In this document: positions 13,459 through 25,390 of the stretch, one piece after another | How the letters are laid out: the number at the start of each line of letters is the position of its first letter | Numbering within the stretch: position 1 is the stretch's first letter | Assembly: GCA_043228905.1 (NCBI GenBank) | Contig: JBHGNT010000008.1 | Span: forward strand, 3,658,001-3,722,000 | DNA: 64,000 nt | From: Azolla caroliniana | Lineage: Eukaryota; Plantae; Polypodiophyta | Reading direction: 5' to 3' | The notes under the pieces: model-generated | The model's input: only the letters and a program-made list of their open reading frames with translations | What the model was told of the DNA's origin: nothing | Database searches by the model: none | Position numbers and translations under genes: made by a program

Positions 13459-16400
13459 ATGTTTGGGGGTTATACAGCTTTTATAGTCTGGTGCTCATTT
13501 ATACACATTTATGGTGCCTATGCTTTTTCTGTTGATGGAGAGGCTCTCATTGCCATAAAAGCATCAATCCATGAAGACCCTCTTGGGCTTCTTTCTGATT
13601 GGAAGAAGGGTACAGATCCTTGTACATGGAAAGGGGTAAGGTGTAATTCGGTCTCGAGGGTCATTTCTCTCACTATTTCAAGCAGGTCTGTTTCAAAAGG
13701 TTCCGGTGTGGTCTCCCCTAGTGAAGATGCAAGAAACCATGGGTCTACAAGTGAAGATACAGTAAATCATGGCTCTACAAGTGAAGCTACCACAAATCAT
13801 CATATTTACAGAATTCCAGGTATAAAAAGCCATATTCCTACTGGTGAAAATGTAAGAACTCGTTTCTCCAGCAGCGAAGATGCGACAAATCGTGTTTCCA
13901 TAAGCGAAGGTATGTTGGATTTGAACTCTTCACCTTACACAAGGCAAAGGCTTGATGTGCGAAGATGCGAGCTTCGGGCTTTTCAAAGCTCATCGGAAGC
14001 TTCCACCATGGCCAAGCTCTCAGGCACCATTTCCCCTGCCATCGGGAACCTGTCTCAATTGAGAATTCTCTCTTTTCCTTGCAATTCATTCTTCGGAGAG
14101 ATTCCCGACCAAATTTCATCATTGATGAATCTCGAGTGGTTAGATCTAGCTGAGAATGAAATGTCTGGTTCCATACCCCGAGGCATTGGACGCCTCTCAG
14201 GATTGAAGTATATAAATTTGGGTTACAATGCATTTGAAGGCAAATTACCCACCACTATTTCATGCTTGCAGAAGCTGAAGGTTTTAAATGTGGCTGGGAA
14301 TAGGCTCTCTGGAGAGGTACATGTTTCTCTCGGAAAGCTTCCTGAGCTTGAGGTCCTCGATATATCTTCCAACATGTTTGTGGGCACAATCCCATTGGAT
14401 ATAACAGATGATTGTCACAAATTGGTGCATGTTCATATGGAAAACAATTTCCTCACCGGGAGAATACCATCGGGTTTCGGAAGGTGTCCATACCTGAAAA
14501 CACTGAAGGTTTCTTCCAATCTTCTAACTGGGCCTATTCCTACTGAGATTGGAGAATTGAAGAAACTAGAGGTTCTGGATGTCTCTCAAAATCGCCTTAA
14601 TGGAAGCATCCCTTCCACACTGGCTAAATGCTCTCAACTCTTGTTTCTTATTCTCACAAATAGTGCCAATGGTCCATGCATCCATGATGGTGTTTCAAAG
14701 GATGTAATAGGCTGGAATCCGAAACTGGCAGAATACCCAAGAAAGGAAGAATTCAATTCATTTTCAGCTATTCCAGTGGCTCTACTCAACCTTCCTAGAC
14801 TTCAGCTTTTATGGGCTCCTAGGGCAGCAGCATCCGTAAGTGGCATTTTACCCACTTATTGGGGGAGCTGTAAAAGTCTTCAAGTTCTTAACCTAGCGGA
14901 AAACTCTCTCACCGGAACTCTTTCGGAAGGATTGACACAATGTAGAAGATTGATTTATCTTGACTTGGGTGGTAACAAACTGGAAGGCTATCTGCCATCA
15001 AAGCTGTCCTTCAATTGCATGGCCATGTTTAATATAAGTGGGAATTCTTTTAAAGAATCTCTTAGAAAGGTTTCAAGAGATGGACCATGGAACTGCCCAA
15101 TGCTTCTATCAGATCGCAGCAGATCCAACATGAGGATGAAGATAAAAGCTTACTTTTCCAGCTTATACTGTGGTAGTGTGAAACCCAGGTTTCCATATTG
15201 GATTTCAAATCATGGGATGCCAGTGATTCATGATGTAAATGAGAATGATTCTACTGGATCCCTCATAGGGGATAGAATTATGGAGAAAAAACCATCATAT
15301 GGGTCCATCATTTCAATAAACAAGTTCAAAGTCTTACTTTCAAAGCGTCTTTTGGCATCTTGCCTAAAGTTTGAGGCTTTAATATCGAGGCTGAGCTGGA
15401 ACAAATTCCTCAGTTGTGAATTTCTCATAGATTTCAAGTCTAATTCAGACCAGATCATTGGGTCTATTCCTAAATCTTTAGAGAATGGAAAGAATCTTGT
15501 TCATCTTGACTTCTCAATGAGGATGAATGATTTGAATGAGTATAATTTTAGGCGGCGTCGTCTTTTTGGAATTAGTTCCAATTCAACTTTGGCACCACAT
15601 GCTGCTGAATCTTCTTTGGAGAAAAGGACTCATTCACTAAATGCGATAATAATTGCCGCTATCACATCGGGATGTGTTATTGGATTCGCATTTGTTATCT
15701 TTCTGGTCTTGTTTGCATATTTTAAAGGATGGATTCCTATTCGTCGGAGAAGGCATATAGCTCTGCCTGAGAGATGCCAACTAGTCACATTCGAGAACAC
15801 TTTTGGGTTTGAGTTAACTTATGAAAATATTGTGGAGGCAACAGGACAATTCAGTTTGAATAACCTCATTGGTAGTGGTGGCTTTGGATGTACTTATAAG
15901 GCTGAGGTTAGGCCTGGATTATATGTAGCTGTGAAGAAAATCTATCTAGGAAAGTTTGAAGGCACTCAACAATTTGAGGCCGAGGTGCATAGTCTGGCAA
16001 AGGTACGGCATACGAATCTGGTCACTCTTATTGGCTACTATGCAAGCAAAAATGAGATGTTCCTCCTATACAATTATTTACCAGGGGGAAATCTCCAGAG
16101 CTTGATCCATGATGGAGAAAGAGGATTTGTGAGCTGGAAGGTACGATATAAGATTGCTCTGGATATTGCCGAAGCATTGATTTATCTCCATGATGAGAGG
16201 ATTCTTCATCGTGACATCAAGCCGAGCAATGTTCTCTTGGACAAGAACTTGAATGCATTCCTGTCCGATTTCGGGCTTGCAAGGCTTTTGAATGCATCCG
16301 AAACACATGTAACTACTGATGTATTTGGGACTTTGGGCTATGTAGCTCCGGAGTATGTTCTACAACGCCGTGTTTCGGACAAAGCCGATGTGTACAGCTA

Positions 16401-16668
16401 TGGGGTGCTTTTGTTAGTGCTCATATCAGGGAAGAAAGCGCTTGACGGTAGCTTTTCGGAGCATGGACCATCCGTAGACATTGTTGCATGGGCGGGCCAG
16501 CATTATGAGAGTGGAAAGTTGAAGAAGGTTTTTGCTCATGGCTTGTGGGAGCAAGGTCCCCAATCAGAGTTGATTAATGTCTTGAAGCTCGCGCTTAAAT
16601 GCACCGTGGATTCTCGTTCCGTGAGGCCATCCATGCGAGAAGTAGGGGATGCATTAAGGAATATATGA
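13459..16668 (+). CDS. RPK2: LRR receptor-like Ser/Thr kinase, RPK2/TOAD2-like, intronless
   Basis: Signal peptide, LRRNT (DPLGLLSDW..CTWKGVRC), LRRs, RPK2-type LWAPRA..WGSCKSL and CMAMFNISGN segments, TM helix IIIAAITSG, and a kinase domain with GSGGFG, VAVKK, HRDIKPSN, DFGLARLL, ETHVTTDV.GT.GYVAPEY. First ATG at 13459. Confidence 0.88.
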   Translation: MFGGYTAFIVWCSFIHIYGAYAFSVDGEALIAIKASIHEDPLGLLSDWKKGTDPCTWKGVRCNSVSRVISLTISSRSVSKGSGVVSPSEDARNHGSTSEDTVNHGSTSEATTNHHIYRIPGIKSHIPTGENVRTRFSSSEDATNRVSISEGMLDLNSSPYTRQRLDVRRCELRAFQSSSEASTMAKLSGTISPAIGNLSQLRILSFPCNSFFGEIPDQISSLMNLEWLDLAENEMSGSIPRGIGRLSGLKYINLGYNAFEGKLPTTISCLQKLKVLNVAGNRLSGEVHVSLGKLPELEVLDISSNMFVGTIPLDITDDCHKLVHVHMENNFLTGRIPSGFGRCPYLKTLKVSSNLLTGPIPTEIGELKKLEVLDVSQNRLNGSIPSTLAKCSQLLFLILTNSANGPCIHDGVSKDVIGWNPKLAEYPRKEEFNSFSAIPVALLNLPRLQLLWAPRAAASVSGILPTYWGSCKSLQVLNLAENSLTGTLSEGLTQCRRLIYLDLGGNKLEGYLPSKLSFNCMAMFNISGNSFKESLRKVSRDGPWNCPMLLSDRSRSNMRMKIKAYFSSLYCGSVKPRFPYWISNHGMPVIHDVNENDSTGSLIGDRIMEKKPSYGSIISINKFKVLLSKRLLASCLKFEALISRLSWNKFLSCEFLIDFKSNSDQIIGSIPKSLENGKNLVHLDFSMRMNDLNEYNFRRRRLFGISSNSTLAPHAAESSLEKRTHSLNAIIIAAITSGCVIGFAFVIFLVLFAYFKGWIPIRRRRHIALPERCQLVTFENTFGFELTYENIVEATGQFSLNNLIGSGGFGCTYKAEVRPGLYVAVKKIYLGKFEGTQQFEAEVHSLAKVRHTNLVTLIGYYASKNEMFLLYNYLPGGNLQSLIHDGERGFVSWKVRYKIALDIAEALIYLHDERILHRDIKPSNVLLDKNLNAFLSDFGLARLLNASETHVTTDVFGTLGYVAPEYVLQRRVSDKADVYSYGVLLLVLISGKKALDGSFSEHGPSVDIVAWAGQHYESGKLKKVFAHGLWEQGPQSELINVLKLALKCTVDSRSVRPSMREVGDALRNI

Positions 16669-16898
16669 GCCTGTCTTTCGCTTTCGGACATGCATGTGGT
16701 GGTGCCGCATTGACATAGTGTCTTTTTTATGAGAGGAAGTGAAGAAAAAGCTTTGGTGGAGAGATGGAAGAGGCTTAAAAGCCATCTTGTTGTAACTAAT
16801 CGTCTTGCCAAAATTCTTCTTGTATATGTACATATGAGGGAATGAAAGAATGGTGGATCCAAATCTCAATTTATATTTGGTAGTGACAAAAGCTCGAG

Positions 16899-16970
16899 CC
16901 TATACCTATACCATTGGGTATAGGTATAGGTATAGGTATAGGAGTTCCATTCCCATCACCTATACCTATA
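16899..16970. repeat. (GGTATA)n / (TATACC)n inverted microsatellite forming a hairpin
   Basis: cctatacctatacc-attg-ggtataggtatagg is a perfect 14-bp stem (16899-16930), with more units following. Confidence 0.7.
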
Positions 16971-19900
16971 TGTGGGGGGGCTGAAAGGAGGAGATCTCAA
17001 AATGTCCATCAAAATATTTGAATGTGCCTATGGAGTTGGCTATGGTGTAAATGGAAAAGGTTTTGAATTGAAACCCTAGAGCACATAAAAATGTATCACA
17101 TCGCCACAAGCATATGGCCTGAACCACTAATAAGCTAACATGGTCTATTAGACATCAAGCTATTTTGAATAGTTTTGTATGGATTTAAAGAAATGCACCC
17201 ACCCACAACGGCTATAATGGCTCTTCTCACAAGCTCCATTTTTACTCTTTGTACTATCGTGTGATTGGGGGCATGTAATCAAGCCTCATTGTTCCAATAT
17301 GTACACAAATTGTTTGAAACTAATATCGCCCATGATTATTTATGGTTTTGGTATAACTCAATCGGATTATGTCACACATCGTTTGCAAAATGGTTCTCTT
17401 TAGGGGTTTGAACCTCTTGTTGATACTCACACAACCCCCTAATTGTGGTGAATTATGCTGTCTTTGACATTTTATTGAATAGTTCTCTCTTTCGTGTTTT
17501 ATTTTTCTCCTTTTGCTCTAGGCATGGTCGTGTCACTATCTACCTATTTGGACATGTTACATGCTCTAGTACTCCTATACATCATCCATCAAAGCCTAAT
17601 TCTTAGTTGAAGGGTTGTTATGTCCTTAATTGATTTGACTTGGTAAAAAACACTTGTATCATGTATGAACTAAAGGTTGTAACTTTGGTTTCCTCTCCCC
17701 AACCTAGCATTAAGCATTCTGCCAAAGTGTTCTCCAAGTCTATCTTTACTTGGTACAAGTGTCTAGGAAATTGTGTATTTCTGGCTTCATTGCACCAACT
17801 AAATCATTATCTTTCCTCGTGTAAGAGATTGAGGAGTTACGGGAGTGAAGTACTCAAATATGGCGATTGGACTAGTAATTAAAGTGATTTCTCTTGAAGG
17901 GAAGGCTTATCCACTCGAAAGAACATGAGGGGCATGCAATGTAAGTGCATATTCAAAGCATAATTGAGAAAATGTAAGTGCATCTTCAAAGCACAACTGA
18001 GAAAAGAATGGGCAAGTTTAAATGAATAAAGGTAGTGTATGAAAAAAATGTCTTGGCGTTGGGTGAGAAAATACTAACAACCAAATAAAGATAATCTCAT
18101 GTAGCTAGTGAAGACTCAAGAGAAGGCCCAAATGAATGGCCAAGAATAGAAATTGTCCTAGAAAGTGGCTAAACAAGAGCCACAAATGGACAAGTTAGGA
18201 CCACTTTTGGTGCATTTAAATATGCCATTTAAACCCCATTATGGTTATTGCAAAAGGAATCAATCACTAAATAAGAGGTGTTCGAGTCACATTGTGCCAT
18301 GTGCATAAGGTCTTGCTTTGTTGGTCTCAATTTCATTAGGATTTTAGCCATGATCTTACATATAATTTAATTACGCTTTATCTTCCAAATAGATATTTCA
18401 AAACATCATAAATCCTTTGAAAGTAGAGTCTTCCATCCACATATCCTCGATAGTAACATATTTGGCATGCCCTGTGTGGCAACTTATGAGATCAATCTGA
18501 CTCACATATTGTTGATGATTTCTAGAAAGAGATGTTCATCAACATTGCTCTATTATCTAACTAGACTCATATGACCAAAGAAAAACCAAATGCCATTGTG
18601 ACATATTTTTATTACAACCTAACTAAAGAATCAATAGATTTTATCATTATTGTGCACACATCCCCATGAACAATGATAATGCACACTAAACCAAAGTACA
18701 CATAATCTCTAGATAAATTACATTCTCAAGTTCCAAAGCCTTTTGTTTTAGATGAACAACACATGTTCAATGGAAACACCGTTTGCAATAATTCTTTGTC
18801 ATTTTTTGTGAACGTGTGTGTTGCCTTTCTGAACGTGCAAATCCAACTCGATTCCATTTACTAGGTGTGACGAATAGATGAAGGGTGCCCTCCAAAGTCA
18901 TGTGAGTTTTGTTTCGATGACACCCAAAGGATAAATATATCGAGCTTTTAAATTCCTAGACAATACAACTAATAGATGTCGTGCAAATAATATTTGTCTG
19001 GTCTCCACACATGTTATGCATTATTGTTTCTATTGAATTGCACGAAAATGATTGAGTAACAAGACAATAAAGAAGCTTCTAAGCTAATTTGGTGGTCCTA
19101 GATGTCTTATTTGTTTGTTTGTAATTAGATAAATGGTTAGTTATCCAACCAATGAAAAACTTTGAAATCAATATGATACAATATATCAATACCACGTTGT
19201 TGGAAACAAACCTACTTGTAGCTTTTATCAATTAGGTACTATACATTATGTTTTACGTTGAAACTTTGTAGTGGGAAAAGTAATCCTTGAATCTTAGTTT
19301 ATCCCTAATTAATGATGAATAAAGTAAATGATACCATGATATGTCATTTGTGTGCGATACTTCACAAATACGGCTTTGCAAGTTTTAATCGTCTCTAGCC
19401 TACATGTTGAACACGTGGGATGTGACTTTTACATTGATTTTCAATTTTACTAGAATGATTATGACAATTAGACCCAAATAACATTATTTTCTCTATGAAT
19501 GCGCTCAAGGTGTTTTCATTGAATAAAAAAATGTTCACAATTTTTCGGCCCACTGAGAACGATGTTGAGGATAATCCAATCCATAATGAATTCTATCACG
19601 GAGACCAACGATAGAAATTCAAACCCAAGATTTCTAGACGATTGATAATGGGGTCAATGCATATACATAAGTGGATTGACACAAAGGAGTACCTAGAGTT
19701 GGCAAGATAATGAACTGCAAAGGCCAAACTCAATGCCCATCTACCATGTTTGAGTACAACCAAGCTTGCATATAACCATTAATAGTGCTCAAAGCCATGA
19801 ATCTACACTGTTTGACAAGTTCTTTGTGACATGAACATATCATATCAATGTATGGCTTTGGTTGAGATGTCTAATTCTTGTTAGATTTACGTGACAATAT

Positions 19901-22275
19901 AAGAAAATATTGTTGGTCATTTCAAAGTCTTACCGTCCATTAATATGTTTGCTCGCATCCATCCAAACATCTAAATTATTCTCTACAACAAATTGTTTGT
20001 AAAAGCATAATCCTTTGAAGGAAATGAATAAATCACAACTTGCCAAATCTTATCCATAAGGAAACTCAAGTTGAATTACCTTTTGGGAATACTACTGATT
20101 CTTAACTGGGCTATTAAGAATGCCCCACTTGTTTATATTGTTTTGGTTTTCTTGCATTCATGTATTCATTAATGAGACTAGACTTTTTGTAAGAGGTATA
20201 GTGGGATATGCTAACAAACGAAAAGATAAGAACTAGCATTATTTTTAGGGAAAGCGACAAGTTTATGCCTGCTTAGTAACATGTAATTGGATTAAGTACA
20301 AATAGGCAAATGGGTATATTGGATATTGTATAGGAAGAAAACAACCAACATTGTTGTTTATAAGTAGGCAAAGATAGATTAGGCATATGGCTTAGCTAAT
20401 TTGCAAAGGCTCTCTAACATATCAATAGTACCTTAAATTTTATGACAACTATATCCACTAGAATAAAACATTACATGTTGAAGCACAATGTGAAACCATG
20501 GCATTTATATGTATAAATATGATGCGTAGTGATGAAGGTGTCATGTAAACAAACTCAAGGTTGTGGATTTAGGTCTAACATCACTCATCTTGTCAACTTG
20601 TAATCATGTCCAATAGTTCCCACTCTTTAATACCTATTCTCCTACCTCTTTCCATCCGGAAACTATGGCTTTACAAAATCGTTGACTTGCCAAGAGGCTT
20701 GATCTACAGATTACATGACTCCTTTCATTTATATTTCTTTATTACGCGACCACATCTTGTAGCTTTGCCTCATAAAATGTCATGCTAATACAGAAAGGCT
20801 ATAAAATTTAGACCTTACATAATCAAGGTGGTTAAGAAATAATAAACTATTTAGACCTTGACTAATTGACGCTAATGGGGCAAAAATAAATACAATTTAG
20901 AGCTTCCTTAAGTAGCGCCTTGTATCTAACACGATGGATAGTCAGTCTCTATGTGTCGTACTAAAAGACTCTTTTGTCGAGCACTTTTTTTTTAGTATGT
21001 CTAACCACATGTTTCCATCGAGTAAACAAGAAATGCCTACCCATTTGAATTGGGCTTAAGTTATTATACTCTTATTGAAGTTTTGTATTTGCCTATGGTT
21101 CGAACTTCAAAGATCTCTCGACACCTGAATAATGTCTTTGGACCCTGTTCTACTAGAAGTGATTGATTGATGGGAACACGCAAGAATCACACACACAGTC
21201 AAAAGCCAGAACCAAAGCTTTCACACGTTTTTATTCTTGGTTGTATTGACAAATCTCTCGACATCAGTGCCAACCTCTTTACTTTTACACGAGCGGAGGG
21301 GGGTGTGCACACATAAGTCATGTGCCTCATCCGGACAGATCCCCCGATTCAAGCAAGAATGTTTGGGAATTGCCTCTCTTGTTTTCTTTTTCTTTTTGCC
21401 CATGGAAGATCGATCTCTCGTCGTGTTTTCGGATGTGTTGGACGAGAGCGTGGCAAGCCATACCCATGACAGGCCATGCCAAAGCAGTAGCTGCACTTGT
21501 GGCTTTCCCGAACCGGAGCGATAAGGCTCCACGCCACGAATTCTGATGCGAGCGGGGTGATCCAGGTCCAAACCGGAAGCCCAAAAACTTTCTTCTCCGA
21601 TCGGATAATGTCTTCTCTTGGCAAACTCTCTTTGTCCGCCCACCCACCCGCCCGCCCATCTATTTGGCCACCCGATCCACCAGTTGAAAATGACAAGTTT
21701 CCCAGGGGGGCCATGGGTTTCCCTGGTACAGTCTTTCCAGAAGTTTTGACTTCCGTTTTTCCCGTTTCGGAAACGCTCCGTTTCCTCCTGTTCGCCGTTT
21801 CGTTCTCCCGTTTCAGCCTCCTCTCGTGAAATTCTGAGTGTCTTCGCTCCGAGCCGTTCCTTACATAGAGAATAATCTAAAACATGTTCTGATTTCTTCA
21901 GTTCTTGCATTAAACGTAGCATCAATCTAAGTGTGACCATTTCACTCCAATTTTAGTTCCCTGCACCCCAAATGCAATGGATATGAATGAAGATCCGTTC
22001 GATTTCCTTAGTGCTTGTCTATCTTAAATCTGCCTTTTTGATTTAGTGTTTTTTTCGCCATAATTGACCTTGCAGACATGTGGTAGCGGCAATGGAAGGG
22101 CTAATAATAATGTCCGATTCATGCATCATAGTGGGTTGAAACCCTAGTTTTCTCACAGATTGATTTATGGTTCTCATAGGTTAATTCGATGCCTCAAAAG
22201 TGGGGATTAATCCTTGCAAAATCTTAGTGCCTGATAGGTTTGATTTTTGTGGCCTCCATTCATCGTGCCATTGGA

Positions 22276-25200
22276 ATGGCGGATTTTGAGCTACCTAAGG
22301 AAATGTTAGCTGCACTTCCCTCCGATCCATACGAGCAACTCGATGTGGCTCGCAAGATTACCTCGCTGGCCGTAGGGGCCCGAGTCTCGAAACTCGAGGC
22401 GGAAGCGCGGACATTGCAACTGGAGCTCGGCGAGAAGGACAGCACCATCCGCAGCCTCGAGGATCATGTGGCAGCCCTTGAACAGTCATTGCAGGATACT
22501 TCTCGTCGACTTTCTCATGCATTAGAAGTGCAGGTGCAGTGTTTTAAGCACAAACAATGTTCATGAAGGGAGTAGAACCCCAACAGATGCATACATACAT
22601 ATCCAAAATTTTATCTAATTGCTGTAGATTTTTAGTTCCTTGGAGTAGAATCCAATATATGCATACATACGTCTCTAATATTTTTATCTGATTGCTGTAG
22701 ATTTTTAGTAGTAGAACCCCAACAGATGCATACATACGTATCTAAAATTTTATCTAATTGCTGTAGATTTTTAGTTCCTTGGAGTAGAATCCAATATATG
22801 CATACATACGTCTCTAATATTTTTATCTGATTGCTGTAGATTTTTAGTTCCTTGGAGTAGAATCCAATATATGCATACATACATCTCTAATTTTATCTGA
22901 TTACTGTAGATTTGTAGTTTCTTTGCATAATTTGTATTCATTTTGTATAATTCAAAACGAATCTGAGCCGATTAGCAAAGAAACGTTGCCCGACATTCTG
23001 CAAGTGTCTTTTCTGTCTAAGCTCTGCATCTTCTTCTTTTTCTGATCCATCAAAACCTTGCCATTGCTAATTTCTGTTGTTCATGTCAGTGAAATTGCTG
23101 AAGAAATTTATGTTTGTAAACTGAATCAAATCAATGCAAATTTGTCGGAAGCTAAAAGAGTAATTTTGGCAATCGGGTTTTTGTTAACTTTTCCTTTCCC
23201 AATCGTGTTTTTCCAAGCAGAAATTGAGACTGTTCGCTGTTCATTTGTTTATGAAGTAGGGTAATGGGCCGAAAAAATTATGTTAATGCAAGATCTCATC
23301 AGAACTCAGGAAGTTTAATGCAAATCTAATGCTGAAGTATAATTAGTGTGTGAACCAGGCCAAACTGACGACCGAGAAGAATGCTCTGTCGATGAGTTTT
23401 AAGAAGCTGACCCGTGATGTTGCAAAGGTACCACCATGCATTTCCTCACAAATCTCATATTTTCCAGCCATATATTTCTCTGTAAATGTAATGCTCAGAT
23501 TTGAGCTCTTCATATGCTGAATTATAGAGTTGTTGTGGCAGTTGGAAACTTTCAAGAGAACCTTGATGCAATCTTTGGAAGAAGAAGAAGATAAAATGGA
23601 CATGGTATGCTTACAAACTCCATATCTTTTTGTTGGAAGCTCTAGCTAGCATATAATGAATGTCACACATAAGATGATTATGTGTTCCATACTGCCATAA
23701 GATGACTATCCGTTCCATACCGATCTCAACCCTCTGTAGACTCCTTGGTGTATCGGATATCCTATCATCATCATCAAAACTACAGGATCTCCAGTATCTC
23801 TCTGCCTAGTCCTGGCCAATCTAAGCTGTCATAGTGGTGGGCATGTGCACACTAAATTAATGGCTAAGAATGCTAAATGTTGCGATGACATAGATTCGTG
23901 TTGTAAAACAGTGAGCTAAAATGTTGGTATCAACTTTTCCTGGTTAATTTCTTGTGCAGCCAAACCATGATGATGTAAAGCCTTTGGGATTCTCTTTGGA
24001 CTCCACAGGTAAGAACTCTTCTCAATCCATAAAAATCTCTGTAGATTCATGTCTGTTTTTCCTTATGGAACCATGAGGCTCTACTTAGTTACAGAATTAT
24101 GTGAGACTGAGGTTTCTCTGACATATACATCCATGTGCAATATGCATCATTATCTGCAGATTCGGATTCATCCAATACAATCAAATCGACACATTCTAGA
24201 ACAGGGTCTACAACAGTTTCACCACTGCATGAAGATGAGTATTTCGCTAATGAAGGTTGTCCTTGAGAAGGGTTTATTTATTTATTCAATGGATGTTTCT
24301 TTTGTACTCTTTTCTTGCTCTTGCTTCCTATGTCTTAATTCTGTATTAACCCCAGTGAAAACCTCACAGAGCTTCCCAAAAAGCAATCAAGCACAGGATC
24401 ACCCTCGCAAAACTCTGCATCGGATTCACCTAGATGGCATTCTACAAGCGACATTACTCGTTCATTACCATCTTCTCAATCTTCGAGCCGAAATTCAACA
24501 GTGACAAGTTCACCTCCTCAAACTGGTATATTTTGGACCTCAAAAGAGCTCTGTCTTTTCAAACGGGATGTCCTTAATGCGTCATTCATGAGGAACTCAA
24601 CCTAAAACAGCCTCAGAATTTTCATTGATCTGTGAACTTTTTTTGAGGCTATCTTCTTGATCTAGATACTTATGTTGCACTTATGGGCATGCATTTAGAA
24701 AAATCTGGATGAGGATTAGCTTTAGAATATGGTTATTAAATTTGAAAATGCTTTATAAATCTCCTCTCAATTTGAATAGTTCATATGAAAGTGCTACGTG
24801 CGTGCATGTATTTTCAAGCACAGCTTTGCGCATGCTTTATCAAGATTCAACCCCTCAATCCAAAAACCCTATTTAAGTTCCAAGACACTTAAATCCTAAT
24901 GCAGACATATATCATTTTCATATGATGGTTTGAAGTTAGATACTTTCTTTTCCATTGGCTTTAGCCATTCCAGGAGACATGCCACGCATTGATGGAAAAC
25001 AGTTCTTCCGGCAAGCCAGGCGAGAGAACATGCTTACTCTTTTCCCTACTCATACATGCATGACATAAAGAAAAAACTATATTGTTAGGTTGTATGCCCT
25101 TACCATGTGAATGGATGTCTGATGCAGGATCCGGTTATCATATGATCAATTTAATGCATTTCTGAGCATCATCAAAGAACTTAATGCTCATCGCGAGACC

Positions 25201-25390
25201 AAAGAGGTGTACATTTCTCTCTTTATCTTTGCTTGATTGATACATATGCTTATTTGTTGGCATAAATTATTCCCCTGATTTAAATGGGAAATAGGAGACA
25301 TTGCGGAAAGCTGATGAGATTTTCGGACCGGACAACAAAGATCTGTTTTCTACGTTTCAAGCTCTTCTTGGTCGTCGTGGTGTCATATGA
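22276..25390 (+). CDS. At4g15545/NAIP-like coiled-coil protein; join(22276..22533,23359..23427,23542..23604,23960..24008,24160..24255,24370..24525,24974..25019,25128..25206,25295..25390)
   Basis: N-terminus LPSDPYEQLDVARKITSLA, KKLTRDVAKLETFKRTLMQSL, a Ser-rich middle and C-terminal RIDGKQFFRQARIRLSYDQFNAFLSIIKELNAHRETKEETLRKADEIFGPDNKDL all match this family. Exons join in frame; intron 7 needs a GC donor. Confidence 0.88.
22570..22915 (+). repeat. Intronic minisatellite, ~57-62 bp units (about 5.5 copies, partly as a 119-bp dimer)
   Basis: Repeats of gagtagaatccaatatatgcatacatacgtctctaatatttttatctgattgctgtagatttttagtt. Confidence 0.85.

Noticed and set aside
17000-21100. Possible genes in the AT-rich interval
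   Set aside because: Only short ORFs with no motifs; looks like old degenerate repeat DNA that cannot be classified by eye.
21221-21940. 239-aa minus-strand ORF and overlapping ORFs
   Set aside because: No recognisable domain; multiple open frames are expected in a GC-rich island.
22570-22915. Regularly spaced repeats resembling a CRISPR array
   Set aside because: Units are contiguous with no unique spacers, the context is a eukaryotic intron, and there are no cas genes.
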